Of a DNA stretch of 64,000 nucleotides, positions 15,764-31,071 are shown in pieces. Positions within the stretch are counted from its first letter, which is position 1. Each line of letters opens with the position of its first letter. Source of the DNA: the human T2T-CHM13v2.0 reference genome, Homo sapiens; NCBI RefSeq assembly GCF_009914755.1, contig NC_060941.1; one strand, 5' to 3'. Below the pieces are notes generated by a model. It worked only from the letters and a program-made list of their open reading frames with translations, did no database searches and was not told the DNA's origin. The translations under genes and the position numbers were made by a program.

Positions 15764-15977
15764 AAAACCTACATAAATTTTTAACACCTCACCTTGTCCC
15801 TTTAATGGAATCCTTTTACTGTTTCATCACATTACTAAGTGGCATACTAACCATACTCTTTGCAGAAGGACTATATACTGTAGCTCCTGCAGGGACAAAA
15901 ATCCTAATCACATCAACCTTTTTTCTATCATCCTTCTGACAGAAATGTACTCCTACCTTTAACTTAGACTAGATAAA

Positions 15978-17787
15978 ATGATCTCATCTTCCAGGGCATC
16001 CTCTTTACCTTCCTATTTACTCTTTGCCTATCTATCCCTCTTGCTTCCTTAGGTACCCCCCATAGTCACCTCTCCCCTTCCACTAGCTCTTAATTCCTCT
16101 AAGAGACTCTCAAATTAACCCTCTCTCTGTTAAACCAGTCCAATCCTTCCCTGGCAAACGACTGTTGGCTTTGTGTCTCTCTATCAGCTACTGCTTACAT
16201 TGCCACTCCCGTTCCTGCAAAAAACTGGGTCTTTATTAATTTCACCTACCACCCCCATTATGAAGGAAAAGACCCTTTCCAACTTCTAAATGTGCAATTA
16301 TTAGCTGACTTCCCCACCTCTGATAGGACCAAAAATACCCTAACAGGACATGCAATCCAGCTTTTACGCTCTTACATTTCCAACCTCACCTATTACATGG
16401 ACACTGAAAAGCCCATACATGGCCCTGTAACCAAAAATACCATCTTAACTTTCCAAGCCCCTTTATGCATCTAACACAACCTGTTATCAGGCCTGTCCCT
16501 GGGACACCTACTATCCCATCAGTGTAATTACACCCTACAACTTCAAGCCCCAACTGATGATAGTAACTTCTGAGTCACCCACACAGCTCCATTCAGACAG
16601 CTTGTCTGCTTCTCAGTGACCCCAAAATCATCACCTCCTCCCTGCTTAATAAACAGTCTGGGTTTTTTAATGGCAAGCATACTACCTGCATGACCATTCA
16701 CCCCTGGACCCCCTGCAGCAGCGCCCCCACCACTAATAAATGCCTTCTCATCCCCTCTTTCAATTACTCTCTTGAATGGTTCCTAGTAGATACAAAAAGG
16801 TTTTTTCTCCAATGGGAAAATAGAACACAGGGAACCACTCTGTTTGCTCCCTTTCCAGCCGCTCACCAGAGCTACCTTGGCAAGTAGTCTAGCAGAATGG
16901 GAAAATGAAAACAACAAACTCACACACCTTTTTAACACACACAACCAATTCTGTCTACCCAGCCAAGGCATATTCTTCTTATGTGGGACTTCAACCTATA
17001 TCTGCCTCCCCACCAACTGGACAGGCACCTGCACCTTAGTCTTCCGAAATCCCAATATTGACATTGCCCCAGGAAATCAGACCCTATCAGTGCCCCTCAA
17101 AGCTCAAGTCTGTCAGCACAGGGCCATACAACTAATACGTGTACTTACAGGGTTAGGAATGGCCACTGCTACAAGAACCAGAATAGCCAGTTCATCTACT
17201 TTATTATCCTACTACCACACACTCAAAGGATTTCTCAGACAGTTTGCAAGAAATAACAAAATCTATCCTTACTCTACAATCCCAAATAGATTCTTTGGCA
17301 GCAGTGGCTCTCCAAAACCACTGAGGCCTAGACCTCATCACTGCTGAGAAAGGAGGACTGTGCACCTTCTTAGGGGAAGAGTGCTGTTTTTACACTAACT
17401 AGTCAGGGCTAGTATAAGATGCCACCTGGCATTTACAGGAAAAGTCTTCTGAAATCAGACAACACCTTTCAAACTCTTATACTAACCTCCGGAGTTGGGC
17501 GACATGGCTTCTCCCTTTTCTAGGTCCCATGACAGCCATCTTGCTGTTACTCATCTTGGGGCCCTGTATTTTTAACCTCCTTGTCAAATTTGTTTCCTCC
17601 AGGAATCGAGGCCATCAAGCTACAGATGGTCTTACAAATGGAACCCCAAATGAGCTCAGCTCACATCTTCTGCCAAGGACCCCTGGACCGACCCACTGGC
17701 CTTTTGACTGGCCTAGAGAGTTCCCCTCTGGAGGACACTACAACTGCAGGGCCCCTTCTTTACCCCTATCCAGCAAGAAGTAGGTAG
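15978..17787 (+). pseudogene. ERV9 env remnant
   Basis: Signal-peptide-like start, CWLC motif, QHR/AIQLI cleavage region, immunosuppressive domain LQNH*GLDLITAEKGGLC containing a stop, TM segment LLLLILGPCIFNLLVKFV. Confidence 0.88.
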
Positions 17788-17843
17788 AGTGGTCATTGCC
17801 CAGTTCCCAACAGCAGTTGGGATGTCCTGTTTAGAAGAGGGAT

Positions 17844-18340
17844 TGAGAGGTGAAGCCAACTAGACTTTCTGGGTCCAGTGGGGGGACTTGGAGAACTTTT
17901 TGGTCTTACAAGAGGATTGGAAAACACACCAATCAGGGACTTCCCTGTCTTACAAGAGGATTGTAAAATGCACCAATCAGTGCTCTGTAAAATGCATCAA
18001 TTAGTGCTCTGTAAAACCCACAACTCAGCAGGATTCTAAAAGTAGCCAATCGCAGGGAGGATTTAAAAAAGGACACTCTGATAGGACAGAAACAGAACAT
18101 GAGAGGGACCAACAAGGGAATAAAGGCTTGTCACCCCAGCCAGCAGCAGCAACCCACTCAGGTCCCCTTCCACACTGTGGAAGCTTTGTCCTTTCGCTCT
18201 TCACAATAAACCCTGCTACTGCTCACTCTTTGGGTCCGTGCCATCTTTAAGAGCTGTAACACTCACCGCAAACGTCTGCAGCTCCATTCTTGAAGTCAGC
18301 GAGACAACAAACCCACCAGCAGGAACCAACTCCGGACACA
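17844..18340 (+). promoter_or_regulatory. 3' LTR (LTR12-type)
   Basis: Homologous to the 5' LTR and preceded by purine tract TTAGAAGAGGGAT. Confidence 0.9.
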
Positions 18341-19354
18341 GGAGTATCCTTACCCCTTTCTGATAGATTTTAGGGGATGGAGTATTTGTCCTGAGAAGGC
18401 CAATACATCCATCTGACACTTGTCTCTATCCCCATTTCCTATGTAAGTATTTGACTCTTCAGCCATCCAGTACACTGGCTCTGTCTTTCTGGTTTACACC
18501 CGCTATCCCTGTGTCAGCACTCATTTCTGCTTTAGCCCATTAACTTCCTTTCTCACAACTCTACTGAACTTGTCAATAGGCACATCAGTGATCTCCTGCA
18601 TGCCCAGGTCTCGTGGACATTTTTCTTCATGTTTTTTGACTGCTGCTCTGCCTCACTTGATATTACAATCTCCTTTCCTTGAAACCCTAGGCTACGGTAG
18701 CACTACACTTTACTGGTTTTCCATTACCTTTCTTACTTCTCCTTTGTTTTTTTTCCAGAGTCCCTCCAGATGTGGCCTAGGAATCCTTTTAAACACAGTG
18801 CTCCAGGCAGAAATTAGTTGGAGTTAGTTCACAAGATGCAATTTATTTGCCATCCATCCTTGCATTTCAGTTCCATTATTTGTCCTCAACATGACTGTCT
18901 ATAAAAACACTTTCTCCTTCCCTGGGATGGCAGCTAACAAGACCTAGCAAAGAGAAATGGGAAATTTTATTCACAATTTCACATGGGAAGCAATTGGTAA
19001 GATTATTTTACTGCCAAGGATAATAAAATTAATGAGAGAGTTGAAGAAAGAGGCATGAATTCTGAAATTATATAGAACCATCTAAGAGGTAAAACTGAGG
19101 TGTTTTATCCATAACTGTAGGCTGTGTTTGTTTTCATAGAAGTACTGTCTGATTTATGGACATGCCATTGATTACACTAGAATTACAGATTGGGCACATT
19201 AAGCACACCAACTTAAAAATCCTTGACATTTTAAAAATACCTCTGGCAGGGTTTCAGAGTACTCATGATATTTAAAATAGTACCATGATTTGTTGGTTTC
19301 TGAAGTATAATTTTGTTTAGTCACATGTATGATAAGAACATACAGACTTCTTGC

Positions 19355-20607
<1,253 letters not shown>

Positions 20608-23272
20608 AACTCGATGTATTTTAAAATCACTCTTACTGGTCATTAGTCTTATTACATATCAGTATAATGAACATTTTATTTATTCAAGTCCTTTAATTTT
20701 TTTTAGGTGGGGATAATAAAATTTCAGTTGCATTCCACCTGTTTCTTCATGTGCATATCTGGATGCACATGTAATTTGTTGGTACCAGTTTTCATTGCTT
20801 TACCGAGCATTTGTTGAGTATCTATGATGTGGAAAGTATTGTGCCGGGTGCTGGAGACAGAGAAGTTGAGTAAAGCATAGTGTCATCATCCCTGTCTTCA
20901 GTGAGCTCAGCCAGGTGGGGTGGGGAGCAGAAAAGAAATGTGAATCGATAGTTCCAGGGCAAAGTAATAAGTGCTTTATTATGATATGCAAAGGTTTGTG
21001 CGTACCCTAGAGGAGCACATGAAAGGGAGTCATTAACTTGCTGAAGCTTCTGAAAGGGCTTTAGAGAAGTCGAACATCTGATCTGGTTCTTGAGGAATGA
21101 GTAGGTGTTCACCAAGTAGAGGTTAAAGAAAGATTGAAAAGTTGAAACTCAAACCTCATGACCATGCCTCCCTGTCTTCTCTTCTCAAATCCATATCATT
21201 CCTGATACATTATTAAATGGATCTATTTTGAAACGTCATGCATTTACTCCCAGTCCAAACCCTCTCCCAGGTTATAGGCCTCACTCATGCATCTGAAGAG
21301 GACACACAGGGCAAAAGAAAGAGAGCAGTGGGTGGGGGGGCTCTGAGGGTCACATTGGTCAACCAAGGGTGCCATTCTTTTTCCTTACAAATCAGATTTA
21401 CTGAGGTAGAATGTACTTACAGTAAAAATGTATCCATTTTAAGTTTATAGTTTGGTACATTTTAACAAACGTATAGACTCTTTGCCACCACAGTGAAGAT
21501 AGAGAACATTTCTATCACCCCAAAAAAATTCCTTATGCCCCTTTTGAGTCAGTCCCCGTCCCCCAGTCCCGGGCAGGTGCTCACTGGCTTTCTATCACTA
21601 TAGATTAGTTTTACCTTTTCCAGAATTTTATACAAATGAATTCATACAGTTTGCACTTATTTCACCTAGCATAGTGTTTCTAAGACTCATTCTTTTTCTT
21701 AAATGTCAGTCATTGATTTCTTTCTACAGTGGAATAATTTCTATTGTATGATATATCACAATTTCCTTATCCATTCACCATTGGGTTGTTTTCTGTTTTT
21801 GGCTATTACAAATAAAACCATTATGAACATTCATACACAAAACTTTGTGTGGCCATATGTTGTCATTCCTCTTGAGTAAATACTAGGGGTTGTATTGTTG
21901 AGTTGTATGGTAAGTATGTGTTTCACTTTATAAGAAAGTGTCAAACTTTTCCAAAGTGGTTTATCATTTTTGCATTCCTGTCAGTCGTGTGTGAGAGTTC
22001 AAATTGCTTTAAGTCCTTGCCAACACACCCTTCTATTGTAGCCATTTTAGTAGAATTGTAATAGTTTTTATTGTGGTTTTGCTTTGTATTTCTCTAAGGA
22101 CTGGTGATGTTAAGCCTTCCTTCAAGTGTTTATTAGCCATTCATGTATCTTCTTTTTTACTATTCACAACTCATAGATTGTTGTGACATTTTTGTATCTT
22201 CTTTAGTAAGTGGTCTGTTCAAGTCTTTTGCCCATTTTTATGGGGCTGTTTCTATTAGGTTATAAGGGTTCTTTCTGTTCTCTGGACATAAGGCGTTTGT
22301 CATATAAAGGTTTTGCAAGTATTTTCTTTGAGCTTGTGACTTGCTTTTCATTGTCATATGGTGACTTTCAAAAGAACAGAATTTTTCATTTTGATGAAGT
22401 CTAGTTGATCAGTGTTTTCTTTTATGTTTCATTTATGTTTGGCCTATTTAAGAAATCTTGGCTATCCTAAGGTCACAAATATTTTGTCTTATGTTTTCTC
22501 TGAGAAGTTTTAGTTTTAGCTTGTTTTTTGTTTGTTTGTTGATTTTTAAACCCACAGCCACCATCATACAGTTTTAGCTTTAACGTTTTGGCTTATGATC
22601 CACTTTGGCTTCACTTTTGTTTTTGGTATTAGTTAAGGATCAGGGTTCATTCTTTTTTTTTTTTTCCACATGAATATACTGTTATTTCAGTACCATTTGT
22701 TGAAAAGACTCTCCTTTCCTCCATTGAATCATGTTGACATCTTTGTTGAGAATTAATGGAACACATGTTAGTTTATTTCTGAACTTTGTTCTGTTCCATT
22801 GACCTATAGGTCCATCCTTACACCAGTTGCACCCTGTTTGGATTACTGTAGCTTTATAGTAAGTTTCGAAATGAGGTAGTGTGTAAGTCTTCCAAATTTG
22901 TTCTGTACCTTCAAAGTTATTTTGACTCCTCTGGGTCCTTTGCATTTTCATATAAATTTTAATATCCGATTGTTTAGAAGCCTGTTGAAATTTTAAATAA
23001 GATTACATTTAATCTAGAGATCCATTTGGGGAGACTTGCCATCTTAATAACAGCAAACCTTCCAATTCAGAAACAGCATATTTTAAAAATTTGTTTAGGT
23101 CTCCTTTAATTTCTCTCAGTAGGAGTTTATAGTTTTCAGTGTAAAGGTCTTATACAAATTATGTTACATTTATCTTTAAATATTTTCTATTTGGGAATGT
23201 GATTATAAATGGAATGTAAGAGTTTTAATTCTCCAACTGTTTTTGTAAGTATAGAAATACAGTTGATTGCTG

Positions 23273-23961
23273 TGAGAGGTGAAGCTGGCTGGGCTTCTCA
23301 GTCAGGTGGGGACTTGGAGAACTTTTCTGTCTAGCTAAAGGATTGTAAACGCACCAATCAGCGCTCTGTGTCTAGCTAAAGGTTTGTAAACACACCAATC
23401 AGCACTCTGTAAAAATGCACCAATCAGCGCTCTGTGTCTAGCTAAAGGTTTGTAAACCAATCAGCACTCTGTAAAAATGGACCAATCAGCACTCTGTAAA
23501 ATGGACCAATCAGTACTCTGTAAAACAGACCAATCAGCACTCTGTAAAATGGACCAATCAGTAGGACATGACCAATCAGTAGGACGTGGGCAGGGCCAAA
23601 TAAGGGAATAAAAGCTGGCCACCCGAACCAGCAGGGGCAACCTGCTTGGGTCCTATTCCAGGCTGTGGAAGCTTTGTTGTTTAGTTCTTCACAACAAATC
23701 TTGCTGCTGCTATCTCTTTGGGTCCGCACTACCTTTATGAGCTGTAACACTCACTGCGAAGGTCTACAGCTTCACTTCTGAAGGCAGCAAGACCACGAAG
23801 CCACCAGAAGGAAAAAACTCCCGACACATCTTAACATCTGAAGGAACAAACTCCAGACACACCGTCTTTAAGAACTGTAACACTCACCACGAGGGTCCGC
23901 AGCTTCATTCTTGAAGTCAGCAACACCAAGAATTCACCAGAAGGAACCAATTCCGGACACA
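23273..23961 (+). mobile_element. Solo LTR12
   Basis: TGAGAGGTGAAGCTGGCTGG...TTCCGGACACA, many ACCAATCAGC repeats, near-TSD GCTG/CCTG. Confidence 0.93.
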
Positions 23962-24008
23962 CCTGTATGTAATTTTTTATCATGAGACCTTGCCAAATTT
24001 ACTTAGCA

Positions 24009-24106
24009 TTAGGTTGGTGCAAAAGTAATTGCGTTTTTTTGCTTTTTTTTTTTTTTTTTTTTTTTTAGCAATGGCAAAAACCATAATTATTTTCACACCA
24101 ACCTAA
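24009..24106. mobile_element. MADE1 (Hsmar1-derived MITE) with internal poly-T expansion
   Basis: TTAGGTTGGTGCAAAAGTAATTGCG ... inverted copy CATAATTATTTTCACACCAACCTAA. Confidence 0.88.
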
Positions 24107-25023
24107 TAGTTTTAATAGCTTCTTGGTAAATCCCTTAGGATTTTCTATGTATCCAATCATGTTATTTAAAAACGCACTTTTATTTCTTTTCTTTCCAATC
24201 TGTTTCCCTTTATCCTCTCCCTCACTCCTCCTCCCTTATTGCACTGGCCATGGCCTCTAACACAATACTGAACAAAAGTGGTGAATGCAAAACATTCTTG
24301 CCTTGTTTTGTGTCTTAGCAGGAAAGCATTTAATATTTTACCAATAAACTTGATATTAACTGTAAGATTTTTGTACATGGTCTTAATCAGTTTGAGGAAG
24401 AACTTTTCCCTTTGTTTTGTTTTGTTTTTGCTGAAACCTGTTTATTGTTGATTGTTTTATCTTTTAATTTCAAATTTTAGGCACAATAATTGTAAAAAAA
24501 AAAAAAAACAGATTTTTCACATATGCCTCATCCACCTTTCCCAATGTCAGTGTCTTACCTAACGCTAGTACAAATATCAATTAGCAAATTAACATGCTGT
24601 GTACAAGGTATTGGTCCAGATGTTAAATGTATGTATGAAATCTGATTTTGAAGACTAAAGTGGATATTAATATAAACAATTATTTTTTGCTTTGCAAAAT
24701 AAATTCCAGATGAAATTCCTTTTAATAAATCAAATTTTTATGTTGTATGTAATCAAAGTCTTTGGCAAGCATCTCTTGTTGAGAAACAAGATTCAGAGAG
24801 AGTAGAGGTAGGCCAAGGTCTCATAACTATTTAGTAGTAGAGCCCTCACTAAATGCATATTTCCTAACCAATTCCCACATCACCAGCCTTCTCTGTGATT
24901 TTCTTCTTTAAATATTGATTGGCATTGTATTTTGCTTTCATTGAATTTGTACTTCATTATATTTGTGTTTTATTTTCATTGTATAACCACCATGGCATAA
25001 TGTTATTGAGAACTGAAAGATCA

Positions 25024-26200
<1,177 letters not shown>

Positions 26201-26202
26201 CT

Positions 26203-27211
26203 ATTATTTATTTTTAATTATACATTAAGTTCTGGGATACATGTGCAGAACGTGCATGGTTGTTACATAGGTATAACTGTGCCATGGTGGTTTGCTGCAC
26301 CTAGCAACCTGTCATCTAGGTTTTAAGCCCTGCATGCATTAGGTTTTTGTCCTAATGCTATCCCTCCCCTTGCCCACAACCCCCCAACAGGCCCTGGTGT
26401 GTGATGTTTCCCTCCCTGTGTCCATGTGTTCTCATTGTTCACCTCCCACTTATGAGTGAGAACATGTGGTGTTTGGATTTCTATTCCTGTGTTAGTTTGC
26501 TGAGAATGATGGTTTCCAGCTTCATCCACGTCCCTGAAAAGAACATGAACTCATTCTTTTTTATGTCTGCATTGTATTCCATGGTGTATATGTGCCACGT
26601 TTTCTTTATCCAGTCTATCACTGATGGGCATTTGAGTTCGTTCCAAGTCTTTGCTGTTGTAAATAGTGCTGCAATAAACATACATGTGCATGTGTCTTTA
26701 CAGTAGAATGATTTATAATTCTGTGGGTATATACCCAGTAATGGGATTGCTGGGTCAAATGGTATTTCTGATTTTAGATCCTTGAGGAATCACCACACTG
26801 TCTTCCACAATGGTTGAACTAATTTACACTCCCACCAACAGTATAAAAGCATTCCTATTTCTCCACATCCTCTCCAGCATCTGTTGTTTCCTTTTTAATG
26901 ATTGCCATTCTAACTGGCATGAGATGGAATCTCATTGTGGTTTTGATTTGCATTCCTCTAATGACCAGTTATGATGAGCTTTTTTTCATGTTTGTTTGCC
27001 ACATAAATGTCTTCTTTTGAGAAGTGTCTGTTCATATCCTTTGCCCAATTTTTGATGGTTTTTTTTTCTTGTAAATTTGTTTAAGTTCCTTGTAGATTCT
27101 GGATATTAGACCTTTGTCAGATGGATAAATTGCAAAAATTTTCTCCCATTCTGTAGGTTGCCTGTTCACCCTGATGATAGTTTCTTTGGCTGTGCAGAAG
27201 CACTTTAGTTT
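26203..27211 (-). mobile_element. L1PA 3' end (~1 kb)
   Basis: Minus-strand MFIAALFTTAKTWN..KCPS..DWIKK.WHIYTMEY (ORF2 C-terminus) plus L1PA 3'UTR. Confidence 0.92.
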
Positions 27212-28679
27212 GTTTGTTTTAATATTTGTGTAATAATGTCCAGTTTTACCAAGCAGAATGTTTTACATAGGAGCTTTTATGCAAAACTCATTGTTCTTCA
27301 CTTAGAGCTTGTTAGTCCAGAGTGAAATCAAATCCATTTTCAGTTGCTACGTGGCTTTGTTAAACAGAAACTTGAGTTGAGGATGCTCTGCTATATGGAA
27401 GAATTTTCACTCCCCTGATGTGTTTGTATAATAGAATGTATTTTTCCCCTTTCCCCTGTGAAAACTTTATGGAAAGATTATTTCAGTGTTAACCCTGACT
27501 GATATTTTACTAATCAAACAAGTGTCTGTTACTCCTTTATTCATTAATTTATCAAGCACTTAATGAGTGTCTTCTGTGTGCTAGGCACTGCACTAGACTC
27601 TGGGGAGTCAAAGATGAATCACACTTAGTCTCTAACCACTGGGAATTCATTCTGGTTAGAGAAATTATAAACAAATAATTATGATCCTATGGGATATTTT
27701 TAAAGTATGAAATGAGATAATGTATGTGAAAAAAACTTTGTAAGCCTTACACATTTAAGATTCTTTTCTCCAGTGGATAGCATGATGCCTGACATATTTT
27801 TAAATGCTCATTATACCTTTAAATGAACTGGTAAAGAGCCAAGAGTTATGAGAGCATAATACTAGAGTGTAGTAGATGGATTTGTTCTGCCTTGGTGGAC
27901 AGGTGGGATGTGGAGATTTCCAAGAATATAACTTTTGAACTGGACTTGGAAATATAATTTGTTTAAGAATCGAGAAAGGAGGTTCTGCGGGGGCAGCTAT
28001 CAGTCGTTAAACTGCCTGGATTTAGATGAACCACGTATCTATAGGCTTTTACAGTTTACAGGATGCTTTTGTTTACAGTATCTCTTTTGAGCCTTATGAC
28101 AGGTCCATGAGGTGAGTTCATACAACCAAGAGAAGCCTTGACCAGAACCTGGGTTCTCAGGTGTAAGAGACAGCATCTGGCCAGTTTATTCTTTACAGTT
28201 TCATGGATGTTATGATTGCTAATATTATTGTATTTCTATTATTATATTTGTGAAAGCATGGTTTTTTGAGTTACAAGTATGTGAAAGAAAAATGTATACA
28301 TGTCATGAAATGTATAGTTTTCTTTTTATTTCTCTAAAGAAGTTTAGCTTGTATTAATACATGAGGAGTTTTTTTCCAGAGGTTTCAGAAACAAGTTAGA
28401 AAATGCTTCCATAATATTTCATAGATTATTTAAGATTCAAGCAGTTTTTCAGGATTTAAACCATTTAAACCATTTATCTAATGAACAGTAAGTAGTAACT
28501 CTGAGCTCTACATTCTCTTGTAAGCTTTCTTTTTCTGTTATAGTTGAGCACATTTGTTGACATTTTTATTTTTTACACCAAAATGTTTGGTTAAAATACT
28601 TTGGGGAGAAAAATAAAGAACTTTTTTCTCATTTATAGTTGACTTCCTATTTTGTGTATATTGTCTTCTGTATGTATTA

Positions 28680-30110
28680 AGACAGTGAAGTATTGGTGAA
28701 AGACCAGGTAAATAGATCAATGGAACAGAATAGGCACCCCAGAAATAGACCTATACAAATAGAGTCAGCTGATCTTTGGCAGAGGAGCAAAGGCAATTTA
28801 ATGGAGAAAAAATTGTCTTTTCAACAAATGGTGCTGGAACAACTAGACAACCACATGTGGAATAATGAATATAGACACTGACCTTACACCTTTCCCAATA
28901 ATTAACTCAAAACAGGTCATAGACTTAAATGAAAAACAAAAAACTAGAAAATTTCTAGGAGTTTAATAACATAGGGGAAAATCTAGGTGACCTTGGGTTT
29001 GGCAATGAGATTTTAGATACAACACAAAAACACCATCTACAAAAGAGAAAATGGACAAGATTGACTTCATTAAAGTAAAACATGTCTGCTGTGCCAGTGA
29101 CACTGTTAAGAATGAACAGACAGGTGGGCACGGTGGCTCACACCTGTAATCCCAACACTTTGGGAGGCCAAGGTGGGCAGATCACAAGGTCAGGAGTTCA
29201 AGACCAGCCTGGCCAACATGGTGAAACTCATCTCTACTAAAAATACATAAATTAGCTGGGCATGGTGGCCAGCACCTGTAATCCCAGCTACGCAGGAGGC
29301 TGAGGCAGGAGAAATGTTTGAACCCTGGAGGTGGAGGTTTCAGTGAGCCAAGATTACACCACTATACACCAGCCTGGGTGACAGGGTGAGACTCCATCTC
29401 AAGAAAACAAAACAAAACAAAACAAACAAACAAAAAAACTAAATATGGTCTTACCATACATTCTAGCAGTCATGCTCCTAGTGATTTTCCTAAATGAGTT
29501 GAAAACTTATGTCTACACAAAAACCTGTATATTAACACTTTACAGAAGCTTCATTCATAATTGCCAAAAGTTGGAAGCAATCAAGATGTCCTTAAATAAG
29601 TGAATGGATAAACAAATGGTGGTACATCCATGCAGTGGAATATTATTCAGCCATACTAAGAAATAAGCTATCAAGCCCAGAAAAGATGTGGGGACACTTT
29701 AAATGCATAAAAGCAGCCAGTCTATGAAGGCTACATGTTGTATAATTTTAACTATATGACATTCTGGAAAAGAAAAAACTATAGAGACAGAAAAAAGATC
29801 AGCAATTCTCGGGTTGAGGATGGGAAAGGGAGGAAAAACGAATAGGTGAATCACAGGCTACTTAGGGCAGTAAAACTCTTCTGTATGATACTGCAAGGAT
29901 GGATCCATGACAAAACCCCCACCATCGTGCAATGCAAAGAGTCAACTCTAAAGCATGGCATTTAGTTAGTAATTTATGGGTACTGGGTGATCAGTTGTAA
30001 CACATGTGCCACACTAAGGCAAGAGGTAATCACAGGTGAAGGAGAAGGGGTATACAGTGTGTACCTTCTACTGAATATTTCTATGTGACTAAAACTGTTC
30101 CAAAAATAAT
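28680..30110 (+). mobile_element. Old L1M 3' fragment split by an Alu (29121-29437)
   Basis: ATAGATCAATGGAACAGAATAG, TTTCAACAAATGGTGCTGGAACAACT, TGGAAGCAATCAAGATGTCC, TGGAATATTATTCAGCCATA. Confidence 0.8.
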
Positions 30111-31071
30111 TATTTTTGTTTGTAAAAAAGTAAAAAGTGATTTTCCAGTATCTCACTGCTAATGGCTTAGCCTTTTTTTTTATTCTTTCCTTGAACTGAG
30201 TAGGAATCTGAGTCTGTCAGTTGCTTCACTTTCTGTCTCCCAGTAACTTGCTGTGATTATGAAAATGTTTGTGCTAAACAACCCATGAACAAAGCAAATA
30301 AAGATATTCCTTCATCTACCCAGACTGAAAGGAAATATGCCACCACATCAATGTTAATGGAAGAGAGATTACAGCTGGTTTCTCCTTTCATCTTTGTTTT
30401 CCTGTATTTTCCAAATGTTCTCTGTAAAATAAAAAGCTCTTAGCACTAAAACAGTATATATGTATTCCACTGCAGCTTAATTGTATTCAGTTAACATAAT
30501 TGAAGAGATTAAATAAGAAATGTAGAAATAAGTAAGACATAGATCTTAAGGATCTCTCTGGTTAACTGTAAGTGAAAGACTATCTCACCACAATGCTTGA
30601 TGTAAACGGTCTGATTGGTGAGTGACAACGTCATCAATTATTGCAGCTTGCAAAGGGATTGATTTTTAAATTTTTACTTATTAATTATATACTTGCTTAT
30701 TTGTTTTCTCATTTACTTGCTTTCTTATTTGCTTATTATTTACTCACTTTCCTATTGCTTTAAAAGAGGATTCTAATTAGATATTATCTAAGTGATTAGG
30801 CCGAGTTCTTACATTTTGTTGGTTTAAATTACTTTAAGATATATGTTTGAAATCACATGTTTACTCTTCAAATGTGTGCCATTTGCAGTGTGTGTGTTGG
30901 GGGAAATGAGTTATTTTTTGATGGGAAATGAGTTATTTTTTAAAAAGAGAATTATTTAGATATGGCTTTAGTGATTCCTTAGCACGATAACTGGTGATGA
31001 AATGTAGCTTATTGTTTTCAGCTAGTTTACATTGGTCTTGAGACAAACAGATATTTGTTTCTTAATTACAG

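Larger units (their letters stand above)
9297..18340 (+). mobile_element. Full-length defective ERV9 (HERV9/LTR12-family) provirus
   Basis: Two related LTRs (TGAGAGGTGAAGCC...GGACACA), 4-bp TSD GGAG at 9293-9296 and 18341-18344, PBS, gag-pro-pol-env remnants, purine tract before the 3' LTR. Confidence 0.95.
21390..24400 (-). mobile_element. Old L1 (L1M-type) 3' portion, interrupted by LTR12 and MADE1
   Basis: Minus-strand ORF2-like peptides (FETYYKATVIQT..W.KDGPIGQWNRT; GKILNAFLLRHKTRQEC) and L1M 3'UTR-like sequence. Confidence 0.8.

Noticed and set aside
16844-17787. Env ORFs as a candidate syncytin-like co-opted gene
   Set aside because: Frameshifts, stops in SU and inside the immunosuppressive domain, and a degenerate furin site
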